Shown one piece after another: positions 18,333-26,285 of a stretch of DNA of 64,000 nt (its first letter is position 1; every line of letters starts with the position of its first letter). The stretch is from Bacteroidales bacterium. Its GTDB lineage: Bacteria > Bacteroidota > Bacteroidia > Bacteroidales > Marinilabiliaceae. Below the pieces are notes generated by a model. It ran no database searches, had not been told where the DNA came from, and saw only the letters and a list, made by a program, of their open reading frames with translations. The position numbers were made by a program, and so were the translations under genes. The stretch spans positions 27,096-91,095 of the forward strand of contig JAKSLF010000006.1 of NCBI GenBank assembly GCA_024401355.1. Direction: 5' to 3'.

Positions 18333-19879
18333 TACTTGATGATTTTGAGTAGACATTGTGCAATCAGCTTTGCATAAGTGTCGGCACCCAGAGCATTAGT
18401 ATGGGTGTCGTCGTGTGAGCCTTCAGGGTAGTGAGGATCGGTTCCGGGAGCCGTCCAGTTGTATAGTTTCTTAGACTCCTCGTTGCCAAGGAGAAGGATA
18501 GTGTCGCGAGTCATAGTGTAGGCATCGATAAGCTTTACATTGTAGTCGCGTGCGACCCTTCTGGTTGCGGCAGGATAAGCCTTCAGGCGGTCGTCTACAA
18601 GGACGGACCTGTTGAAAGTGCGCATGACAATGCTAGTAGCAAGAACAGGGACGCCTCCTTTAATCCTTGTGTCGTTGACCATCTGGATGAGGTTTTGCTC
18701 GTAGGTGGCGAGCGGTGTATGTCTTTCTGGGCGAGTGCTGGCATCGTTGTGCCCGAACTGGATGATAACGACATCGCCAGCCTGTATGCTGTCGTAGATA
18801 CGCTTCCAACGTTGTTCGCTAAGGAACAGCTTGGTGCTACGTCCGCCTTCGGCATGGTTGTCGACAACAAAATCGTCACCCAGATAATGTCCAATCATCT
18901 GTCCCCATCCGCGGAGGATAGTAGAGTCGGGGTTATAGGTCTTGGCAGTAGAATCGCCAGCGATAAAGAGCTTGCGTTTGCGCAGAGGACTCTGTGCGGC
19001 AGGGCGGTTGACGATGCTGCTCCATCGGGAGTCGAGTGAGAGCATAGCATTGGCGATGCATTGAGCATTTGTCAGGGCTCCAGTATAAGTGGTGTGTACG
19101 CCATCCTTGAGCATGTATCTGCTAACGTATGTGCGTCCCATCTTATTATAGACATCGGCGATTATGGTATTGGCATCGATATAGTCGGCAGCCTCTTTGC
19201 GTGCGATGGCGGAAGCCCATTGGGCATAAGTGCTAGTGTAGCGATGGATAGTAGAATCGTTAATCCAGTTGTTATCGGGTGTTAGAGACAAGACGAGAAC
19301 GTGAGCTCCGGCAGCCTTTGCCTGTTGGATATATTGGCGTAGATAGTGTCCGTAGGAATAGACAACCTCAGTATTGCCAGTGGGTTGGATAGTGACTGTC
19401 CTCTTCTTGTTGCCTATACCTTCAATAGTGCCGCGTGCACGTCCGGAATGGAGAGGTCCAATATCGTTATGTCCAAACTGAATCATGAGATAGTCGCCAG
19501 GGCGAATAGCAGAAAGGACATCGGCCCAGAGTCCTTCGGTGATGAACGTTCGGCTGCTGCAACCGCCGCGAGCATGATTCTCGACACTTGCCTTGTCGGG
19601 CAGAATGAACTGGCTGAAGAAACTGCCCCATCCCCATTGGCCGGAGTCGCCGTTGCCCTTGCCATTCTTGGCCGTAGAATCGCCAATTATGAAGACCACG
19701 GGACGATTGTCGGTGCGAGAAGATCCTGGAATAAGAGTGTAGGCAGCATTGGATTTTGAAAGATTGTTCTGCGAGGCAGCAAATGAATTGCCCATGACGA
19801 AAGCCAAAGCAAAGAAAAGAATCCTTGCGGAGAGAGAGGAGAACAATCTGCTATGGAGGAAAGAGTTATAGATTGTCAT
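18332..19879 (-). CDS. Tandem SGNH/GDSL esterase (rhamnogalacturonan acetylesterase-like, two CE12-type domains)
   Basis: Block I occurs twice (FIIGDSTAKNG, FIAGDSTAKTY) and block V twice (DGVHTT, DDTHTN). An N-terminal signal peptide is present. Confidence 0.85.
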   Translation of the reverse strand: MTIYNSFLHSRLFSSLSARILFFALAFVMGNSFAASQNNLSKSNAAYTLIPGSSRTDNRPVVFIIGDSTAKNGKGNGDSGQWGWGSFFSQFILPDKASVENHARGGCSSRTFITEGLWADVLSAIRPGDYLMIQFGHNDIGPLHSGRARGTIEGIGNKKRTVTIQPTGNTEVVYSYGHYLRQYIQQAKAAGAHVLVLSLTPDNNWINDSTIHRYTSTYAQWASAIARKEAADYIDANTIIADVYNKMGRTYVSRYMLKDGVHTTYTGALTNAQCIANAMLSLDSRWSSIVNRPAAQSPLRKRKLFIAGDSTAKTYNPDSTILRGWGQMIGHYLGDDFVVDNHAEGGRSTKLFLSEQRWKRIYDSIQAGDVVIIQFGHNDASTRPERHTPLATYEQNLIQMVNDTRIKGGVPVLATSIVMRTFNRSVLVDDRLKAYPAATRRVARDYNVKLIDAYTMTRDTILLLGNEESKKLYNWTAPGTDPHYPEGSHDDTHTNALGADTYAKLIAQCLLKIIK

Positions 19880-21660
19880 TCGTCTTCGGTATTAGTTGAA
19901 CAAGAATTAAACTCTTCGGACTGTGCAATCTGCAGAGCTTCGAAAGTATTATCGCGTTTCATCTCGTGGCAGACATCGCAATGGCCGCATAGTGGGCTGT
20001 GGAGTTCGCCGAAATATTGTAGTAGAACCTGACTGCGGCATGTGTCGTCGCATTCGCAGTAGTCGATGATAGCCTGAGTGCGTATTTCGAGGTCGTGCCT
20101 ACGGTCTTCGTAGACAGACTTGGGCAGATGGAGAAACCTTTCGTCGACACGGTCTTGAGTCCATGCGATGAGCGAAGTGTTCTTCTGCGGATTATATATG
20201 ATGAGACGCATGCGGGCGAGAGCCTTCAGCTTCTCGTATATATTCTGTCGGGTGGTGTTGCAGATTTTGGCGAGAAAATCCTCGCTTATAGTAGCGTACT
20301 CGGTAAAGAGTCCGGTATAGTTGCGCAGGAGAGCATCGATAACAGGGTTGAGGTCGGGGTTGGCCAAACGTGCATTGTAGACCTCGATATCGGAAGCGAT
20401 AAATATGACCCTGGACTTCAGTTCTGTCTCCTCCTGATAGTCGAGATATCCGGCATTAGTCAGAATGCGGAGAGAATTGTGGACCGTCAGCGGCCAGCGC
20501 TTGAACGTGTGGCAGAAAGTATTGATATCGAAATCGCAAACGTAGCCACAGCCGCTTCCGACACCTATGGACTGGCTGTTGCAGGCAGAATTGTAAGTAG
20601 CGATGATATCCTCCTTGGAAGGGAAAGAACTATCGATGTTGCGTTGCAGCTTAACGGAGTCGGCGCCAGACCAGAGTAGGATAGCGAAAGACTTGTTGCC
20701 ATCGCGTCCGGCACGGCCGGCCTCCTGGAAATAAGCCTCGATAGAATTAGGCACATCGAGGTGGACAACGATGCGGACATCGGGTTTGTCTATGCCCATG
20801 CCGAAAGCGTTGGTGCAAGCGATGACGCGAGCGATGCCCTTTTGCCAATCCTGCTGCACCTGATCCTTCTCCTTGTTAGTCATTCCGGCATGGTAGTAGG
20901 CAGTAGGGATGCCAGCGTTGTTGAGCAGCTGCGCCGTTTCCCACGTGCGTCGGCGAGTGCGGACATAGACAATACCGGAGCCGTTGACACGGCGGAGGAG
21001 ACTTATGAGAGCGTCCTCCTTGTTTTCGGTGTGCTTGACGATATAGGCGAGGTTTGGTCGGGCGAAACTGGTGCGGAAGACATTCTTCTTCTTGAAATTG
21101 AGAGCCTCCTGAATGTTATCTACCACATTGGGCGTGGCGGTAGCCGTCAGCGCGAGGACAGGAACGTCGGGCAGGAGATCGCGAATCTGGCTGATCTGCA
21201 TATAGGACGGGCGGAAATCGTGTCCCCATTGAGAGATGCAATGAGCCTCGTCGACAACAATCTGGCAGACCTTCATTTGGGTGACCTTAGTCTTGAAGAT
21301 ATCGGTAGCCAGACGTTCGGGAGAGACATAGAGGAACTTGCAACCGCCATAGATGCAATTGTCGAGAGCCACAAGAATCTCGTCGTGAGTGAGTCCGGAG
21401 AATATAGCCTTGGCAGTAATGCCGTGCTTGTGTAGAATAGAAACCTGGTCCTTCATGAGGGCGATGAGTGGAGTGATGACGATGCAGACTCCATCTTTGG
21501 CCATAGCAGGGACTTGAAACGTAATAGACTTGCCACCACCAGTAGGCATAAGGCCGAGAGTATCCTTTCCGCTACCGATAGACTCAATGATATTGAGCTG
21601 CATCGGTCGGAAATTGTCGTACCCCCAGTACTTTTTTAGTATGTCGTGGTAGATGGACAA
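19876..21660 (-). CDS. recQ: RecQ-family ATP-dependent DNA helicase
   Basis: Motif I PTGGGKS, DEAH box VVDEAHC, TATAT and a C-terminal Zn-binding CRSQ...CGHCDVC. It apparently uses a TTG start at 21660. Its stop overlaps the downstream start (ATGA). Confidence 0.9.
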   Translation of the reverse strand: MSIYHDILKKYWGYDNFRPMQLNIIESIGSGKDTLGLMPTGGGKSITFQVPAMAKDGVCIVITPLIALMKDQVSILHKHGITAKAIFSGLTHDEILVALDNCIYGGCKFLYVSPERLATDIFKTKVTQMKVCQIVVDEAHCISQWGHDFRPSYMQISQIRDLLPDVPVLALTATATPNVVDNIQEALNFKKKNVFRTSFARPNLAYIVKHTENKEDALISLLRRVNGSGIVYVRTRRRTWETAQLLNNAGIPTAYYHAGMTNKEKDQVQQDWQKGIARVIACTNAFGMGIDKPDVRIVVHLDVPNSIEAYFQEAGRAGRDGNKSFAILLWSGADSVKLQRNIDSSFPSKEDIIATYNSACNSQSIGVGSGCGYVCDFDINTFCHTFKRWPLTVHNSLRILTNAGYLDYQEETELKSRVIFIASDIEVYNARLANPDLNPVIDALLRNYTGLFTEYATISEDFLAKICNTTRQNIYEKLKALARMRLIIYNPQKNTSLIAWTQDRVDERFLHLPKSVYEDRRHDLEIRTQAIIDYCECDDTCRSQVLLQYFGELHSPLCGHCDVCHEMKRDNTFEALQIAQSEEFNSCSTNTEDE

Positions 21661-21661
21661 T

Positions 21662-21710
21662 TGTTAATGGATAATGGATAATTGATAATTGACAATTGAT
21701 AATTGATAAT
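21662..21710. repeat. Seven tandem heptads of TGATAAT-type
   Basis: TGTTAAT GGATAAT GGATAAT TGATAAT TGACAAT TGATAAT TGATAAT fills the whole spacer between the FAD-oxidoreductase stop and the recQ start. Confidence 0.8.
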
Positions 21711-23266
21711 TAGATTTTCTGTGCGGCTTTTTCGGCACAGAGTTCGCCATCGATAGCAGATGAGACGATACCTCCGGCATATCCGGCGCCTTCGCCACAA
21801 GGGTAGAGACCGTGAATCTGAATATGCTCGAGAGAGTCGCTATCGCGAGGGATGCGGACAGGCGACGACGTACGGCTTTCGACACCGATGACCATAGCCT
21901 CGTTGGTCACAAAGCCTCGTGCCTGGCTATCGAAAGCCTCGAAACCCTTGCGGAGACGTTGTCCGATATTGTCAGGCAACCAGAAGTGCATAGGTGAAGA
22001 CATGACGCCGGGGATATATGACGTCTCGGGCAGTTCGACCGAGAGTCGTCCGTCGACAAAATCGGCAAGAGCCTGAGCAGGAGCCGTGATGCCGTGTCCG
22101 CCATTGAAGAACGCCATAGACTCGAGAGCCTGCTGGTAGTGGAGACCACCGAGGACGCCATCGTTCTGGTATTCGCCGATATCTTCTGGTCGGACCTCGA
22201 CCACGATGCCTGAATTGGCGAATGGAGAATTACGCTGAGAAGGTGACATGCCATTGACGACCATCTGGTTTTCGGCAGTCATGGCAGGGACGATGAAACC
22301 GCCCGGGCACATGCAGAAAGAGTAGACGCCACGTCCCTCGACCTGAGTGGAGAGCGAGTAGGTAGCGGCAGGCAGATAGTTGCCACGACCTTCTGGCGAG
22401 TGATATTGAATCTCGTCGATGAGATCCTGAGGATGTTCGACGCGGACACCCATGGCCCAAGTCTTAGCTTCGAGAGTGATGCCTTTCTTGTCGAGCATCT
22501 CGTAGACATCGCGTGCGGAGTGTCCGGTAGCGAGGATTACAGCTTCGGCTTCGATCTTGGTGCCGTCGGCGAGTATTACTCCGCGTGCGGCATTATCGCG
22601 AATGATGAGGTCGGTCATCTTAGTTTGGAAGCGGACCTCGCCTCCGGCGTTGATGATTGTTTCGCGCATAGACTTGATGATATAAGGAAGCTTGTCGGTG
22701 CCGATATGTGGATGAGCATCGATAAGGATGTCGGGGTTAGCGCCATGATGTACGAACACCTCGAGAATCTTGCGTATATCGCCACGCTTAGTGCTGCGTG
22801 TGAAGAGCTTGCCATCGGAGTAGGTGCCAGCACCGCCTTCGCCAAACGAGTAGTTGGATTCGGGATCGACCTTGTGGAAGCGGTTGAGCTGTGCGAGGTC
22901 GACCTTGCGAGAGCTTACATCCTTGCCACGTTCGATGACGATAGGGCGGACACCGAGTTCGACGAGACGGAGAGCGGCGTAGAGACCTCCAGGTCCGGCT
23001 CCGACGACCACGATTGACTTGGCATTGCGGACATCCTTGTAGCCAGGGAGATGTAGTTCTTCTGGCTTAGGGTCTTCGTTGACCCAGACACCATAGGACT
23101 CGAGGAGCATAATCTGGCGTTTGCGTGCGTCGATAGAGCGCTTGAGGAGACGGATGGCAGTAATGTCATCGTTGTTCAATTCGGCTTCGCGCGATATGGC
23201 ATGGCGCACGGCATTTTCGTCGGCAGCCTGTTCGGGTGTAAGCTTAAGCTGTACTTCCTTATACAT
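21710..23266 (-). CDS. FAD-dependent oxidoreductase (COG2509-like)
   Basis: Dinucleotide-binding VVVGAGPGGLYAA and a C-terminal GLYPCGEGAGYAGGI motif. The start chosen is MYKEVQLKL at 23266. The listed ORF extends to 23371 through a hydrophobic, AT-rich stretch. Confidence 0.85.
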   Translation of the reverse strand: MYKEVQLKLTPEQAADENAVRHAISREAELNNDDITAIRLLKRSIDARKRQIMLLESYGVWVNEDPKPEELHLPGYKDVRNAKSIVVVGAGPGGLYAALRLVELGVRPIVIERGKDVSSRKVDLAQLNRFHKVDPESNYSFGEGGAGTYSDGKLFTRSTKRGDIRKILEVFVHHGANPDILIDAHPHIGTDKLPYIIKSMRETIINAGGEVRFQTKMTDLIIRDNAARGVILADGTKIEAEAVILATGHSARDVYEMLDKKGITLEAKTWAMGVRVEHPQDLIDEIQYHSPEGRGNYLPAATYSLSTQVEGRGVYSFCMCPGGFIVPAMTAENQMVVNGMSPSQRNSPFANSGIVVEVRPEDIGEYQNDGVLGGLHYQQALESMAFFNGGHGITAPAQALADFVDGRLSVELPETSYIPGVMSSPMHFWLPDNIGQRLRKGFEAFDSQARGFVTNEAMVIGVESRTSSPVRIPRDSDSLEHIQIHGLYPCGEGAGYAGGIVSSAIDGELCAEKAAQKI

Positions 23267-23467
23267 TATTCTTGTTCTTAGTATATATACGTGCGCAAAG
23301 ATACTCTTTTTTATTATAGGAATAGAAAAAATAGCAGTCAAAAGAATGGACAATTGTATGATGCGGAGCAAAAAGAGATGCGAAAAGAGGTGGTGAGAGA
23401 GGTGTTGGTCGACAAAAACGAGTAATTAATCGATAAAATGGAGTTTGGCACGGCAAAAATAGAGTTT

Positions 23468-23483
23468 TGGCACGCCCTTTGTA
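23468..23483 (+). promoter_or_regulatory. Weak sigma-54-like -24/-12 element (TGGCACgccctTTGTA)
   Basis: It matches TGGCAC-N5-TTGC except for GT instead of GC at -12. A second TGGCACG lies 22 nt upstream (23446-23452) within a direct repeat AGTTTGGCACG. The element is 76 nt upstream of the ATG at 23559. Confidence 0.25.
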
Positions 23484-23558
23484 ATTTAGTTAGACACAAG
23501 CACAGAACACAACGATGCTTGAGATAGACAAATGTTTAACTATTAAAACATTAAAGCT

Positions 23559-24131
23559 ATGAGAACAATGAAGATAATGGTAGCAATGATGGCAATGATC
23601 ATCGGCACCGCAGCATTCAATACAGCATCGGCACAGGGCCGTCACGATAGAGGTAATGGTCGTCATGAAGTACACCAGAACGGTGGTAACCGTGGCGGCA
23701 ACGCAGGACACATTGGCAACAAAGGTGGACATGTGGCAGACGCACACAGAGGTGGAAACCATCGCGACTATCACTATGATGCACATCATCAGAACCATGT
23801 TGGTCATCACAACGATGTGTATCATCACAGCCACAGCTATCATATTGATGCACATCATCCACACTACAGCCATGCAGTAGCATATCATCGTCCGGTATGT
23901 CATTACTACAACAACTTGCCTGTATATGTACATCACTATTATCGTCACACAGCTCCGGTAGTAGTACGTCATTGGGGCTATGGATATGTGCCAGTAGTTG
24001 GAGACATCGTAGACTGCTTGCCAGACAACTACATTAGCGTAAACATTGGCGGAGTACACTTCTTCAGAGCACTTGGCCATCTCTTCCGTCCAATCTCGAT
24101 AGACGGAGCCTTGAGATTCATCATCGAATGA
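23559..24131 (+). CDS. Secreted histidine-rich protein
   Basis: A signal peptide (…NTASAQ) is followed by about 100 aa dominated by H, G, N, D and Y (HHQNHVGHHNDVYHHSHSYHIDAHHPHYSH). The C-terminal part (LPDNY..V.IGG..FF) is a short globular tail. Confidence 0.65.
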   Translation: MRTMKIMVAMMAMIIGTAAFNTASAQGRHDRGNGRHEVHQNGGNRGGNAGHIGNKGGHVADAHRGGNHRDYHYDAHHQNHVGHHNDVYHHSHSYHIDAHHPHYSHAVAYHRPVCHYYNNLPVYVHHYYRHTAPVVVRHWGYGYVPVVGDIVDCLPDNYISVNIGGVHFFRALGHLFRPISIDGALRFIIE

Positions 24132-24166
24132 TTGTTTTAATCAGATATTGTTTGTTATCATCCATT

Positions 24167-24212
24167 GCAGGCGCTGCTCGTAACGACGGGAGAGGCGCCT
24201 GCTTCTTTTTTT
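24167..24212 (+). terminator. Rho-independent terminator
   Basis: GCAGGCGC (24167-24174) pairs with GCGCCTGC (24195-24202) and is followed by TTCTTTTTTT. Confidence 0.7.
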
Positions 24213-24270
24213 GACAGATGGAGATAAAAATAGTATATTTGCGGAGTGAAAAGCATAAAAAGAGAAAGAG

Positions 24271-25566
24271 ATGGGAAAGATGAAAATAGCAAAATATATA
24301 GCGTTGGTGGTAGTGATGATGGCAAGTATTGTCGCTGGAGCCCAGAAGAGAATAGCATTTGACGAAGCATTTGTAGATACGACATTGAGAGTGGACTATG
24401 TGTTTGCTGGAGATGCGAGAGAGCAGAGAGTATATCTGGACTGCCTATCGTCGCAGCCGCATTGGGCAGGGCGAAGAGTGAACATGGAGAGAGCTCCGTA
24501 TAGAGGAAACGGGTGTGTGAGGATGAGGAGAAAATCGGATGGGAAAGTGATGTATGAACATACGTATTCGTCGTTATTTCAAGAATATATAGTAACAGAA
24601 GAAGCGCAGAAAGTGGCGAGGAGCTTTGAAAACAGCTTTCAGTTGCCGATGCCACGAGAGATAGTGGAAGTGGAGTGCATCTTGTATGGCAACCATGGAA
24701 GAGAGATAGCATCGATAAAGCATGAAGTGGATCCGAAAGACATATTGATAAGGCAAAGGAGAGCGCAGGAGGGAAATGGAAGAGAAGTAGTCGTGATAAA
24801 AGAGAGTGGGACATATAGGGAGAAAATAGACATAGCGATAGTGTCGGAAGGGTATGCGAAAGACGAGTCGGGCAAATTTATGGACGATGCGAAGAGAGCG
24901 GCAGAAGCCTTGATGGAGCACGAGCCATTCAAGAGCATGAGTGACAGATTTAACATCAGGGCAGTATTTGTGCCTTCGGCAGAGAGTGGAGTGAGCATAC
25001 CTAAAAAAGGGGAGTGGCATGACTCGGCGCTCGGGTCGCACTACTCGACATTCTATTCGGACAGATACCTGACAACATTGAACGTCAATACAGTACATGA
25101 CAATCTGACGGGAGTGGAGTATGAGCACATACTGATATTGGCGAACACGAAAGAGTATGGTGGTGGAGGAATATACAATAGCTATACGATGGCGTCGGCA
25201 GGGCACAAGACGATGAAGCCAGTAGTCGTGCATGAGATGGGACACAGCTTTGGAGGTCTGGCAGACGAGTATTATTATGAAGAAGAACTAGATACATTGA
25301 CATATCCGACAGCAGTAGAGCCATGGGAGCCGAACATCACCACGAAAGTGGAATTTGAGAAGAAATGGAAATGGATGATAGGAGATGAGAAATGGGAAAA
25401 GATGGGCGTAGGCGTCTATGAGGGAGGTGGATACACGAGCAAAGGCGTGTACAGACCGGCTCATAACTGCCGAATGAGGACCAATGAAAATCCGGATTTC
25501 TGTCCGGTGTGCCAGGAAGCATTGAAGAGACTGATAAGATACTACACGGAGGAAGTCAGCTGGTGA
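24271..25566 (+). CDS. M64-family (IgA-peptidase-like) zinc metallopeptidase
   Basis: Signal peptide and an HEMGHSFGGLADEY zinc site typical of Peptidase_M64. Confidence 0.88.
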   Translation: MGKMKIAKYIALVVVMMASIVAGAQKRIAFDEAFVDTTLRVDYVFAGDAREQRVYLDCLSSQPHWAGRRVNMERAPYRGNGCVRMRRKSDGKVMYEHTYSSLFQEYIVTEEAQKVARSFENSFQLPMPREIVEVECILYGNHGREIASIKHEVDPKDILIRQRRAQEGNGREVVVIKESGTYREKIDIAIVSEGYAKDESGKFMDDAKRAAEALMEHEPFKSMSDRFNIRAVFVPSAESGVSIPKKGEWHDSALGSHYSTFYSDRYLTTLNVNTVHDNLTGVEYEHILILANTKEYGGGGIYNSYTMASAGHKTMKPVVVHEMGHSFGGLADEYYYEEELDTLTYPTAVEPWEPNITTKVEFEKKWKWMIGDEKWEKMGVGVYEGGGYTSKGVYRPAHNCRMRTNENPDFCPVCQEALKRLIRYYTEEVSW

Positions 25567-26036
25567 CGAAACCAGTGGACATTGCGGTAGTGTGACCATG
25601 AATTATGCCTGCGGAGAGGGGCAGACGGAAGATTGCTGGAAGAGAAGAAGAATGGGCGGAGTCGTGATGCGGCGAAGGCTGTAGCCGTCTTGACATCGGC
25701 ATGGCGAGAAGATACTCGCTGCCTGAGGAGATTGATGTAGTAGGCACGGGCGAGACCGCGTGCTGTCTTGTAGCGGGACTGTGACTTAAGTTTCTGCTGC
25801 CAATAGGCTTTTTTTGATGGATTGTGGAAATCGGCAGTAGTGAGGCGATTGGCCTCCTTGAAGAGAGACCAGCTCTTCTCCTGGGACTCTGTGCGTGGCT
25901 GAACGCCAGGGTTATAGCGCATAGTATATATACGTCCGTTGCGGACGGTGATGTTAGTCCGGCAGTTGCTGTGTCGGAAGAGGTGTCGTGCGCGCTTGAT
26001 ATTGGCAGGAGTATGTGAAGTAAGAGTCAGTCTCAT
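25542..26036 (-). CDS. Hypothetical, very basic protein
   Basis: 164-aa ORF rich in R, K and H. A TACCTTTG -7 box lies 29 nt upstream. The last 60 aa or so look low-complexity, and the 3' end overlaps the convergent M64 gene by 25 nt. Confidence 0.45.
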   Translation of the reverse strand: MRLTLTSHTPANIKRARHLFRHSNCRTNITVRNGRIYTMRYNPGVQPRTESQEKSWSLFKEANRLTTADFHNPSKKAYWQQKLKSQSRYKTARGLARAYYINLLRQRVSSRHADVKTATAFAASRLRPFFFSSSNLPSAPLRRHNSWSHYRNVHWFRHQLTSSV

Positions 26037-26064
26037 GTAGCTTAAGGCTTGCTTATTGTTGTGG

Positions 26065-26072
26065 CAAAGGTA
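26065..26072 (-). promoter_or_regulatory. Candidate -7 box (TACCTTTG) for the basic-protein ORF
   Basis: The reverse complement of 26065-26072 is TACCTTTG, 29 nt upstream of the ATG at 26036. Confidence 0.35.
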
Positions 26073-26099
26073 TAGCGAATGTTCGACATTTGCAAGAGG

Positions 26100-26255
26100 A
26101 GGAGAGAAAAAGTTATCGGAGTTTGGAGGGGGAAAAGTTGAAAGTTATCGGAGTTTGGAAGGGGAAAAGTTGAAAGTTATCGGAGTTTGGAGGGAAAAAA
26201 GTTGAGAGTTATCGGAGTTTGGAAGGAAAAAAGTTGCAAGTTATCGGAATTAGAA
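26100..26255. repeat. Tandem direct repeat, 4 full copies plus 1 partial copy of a 32-bp unit
   Basis: AGTTATCGGAGTTTGGAGGGGGAAAAGTTGAA starts at 26111, 26143, 26175, 26207 and (partial) 26239. The period is exactly 32 nt, with only R-type substitutions and no spacers. Confidence 0.9.
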
Positions 26256-26256
26256 G

Positions 26257-26264
26257 TATATTTG
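26257..26264 (+). promoter_or_regulatory. Candidate -7 box (TATATTTG) for the second ATPase gene
   Basis: It matches TAnnTTTG, lies 22 nt upstream of the ATG at 26286, and immediately follows the repeat array. Confidence 0.4.
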
Positions 26265-26285
26265 TGGCAGTTGAAAGTAAGGTAT

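Noticed and set aside
26100-26255. Whether the 32-bp repeat arrays (here and at 12473-12566) are CRISPR arrays.
   Set aside because: The period equals the unit length, so the copies abut with no unique spacers. The arrays have only 3-5 copies, and no cas genes are in the window.
26187-26285. The upstream ATG at 26187 as the start of ATPase 2.
   Set aside because: It would translate through the tandem repeat and lies upstream of the -7 box. The conserved ATPase N-terminus begins at the ATG at 26286.
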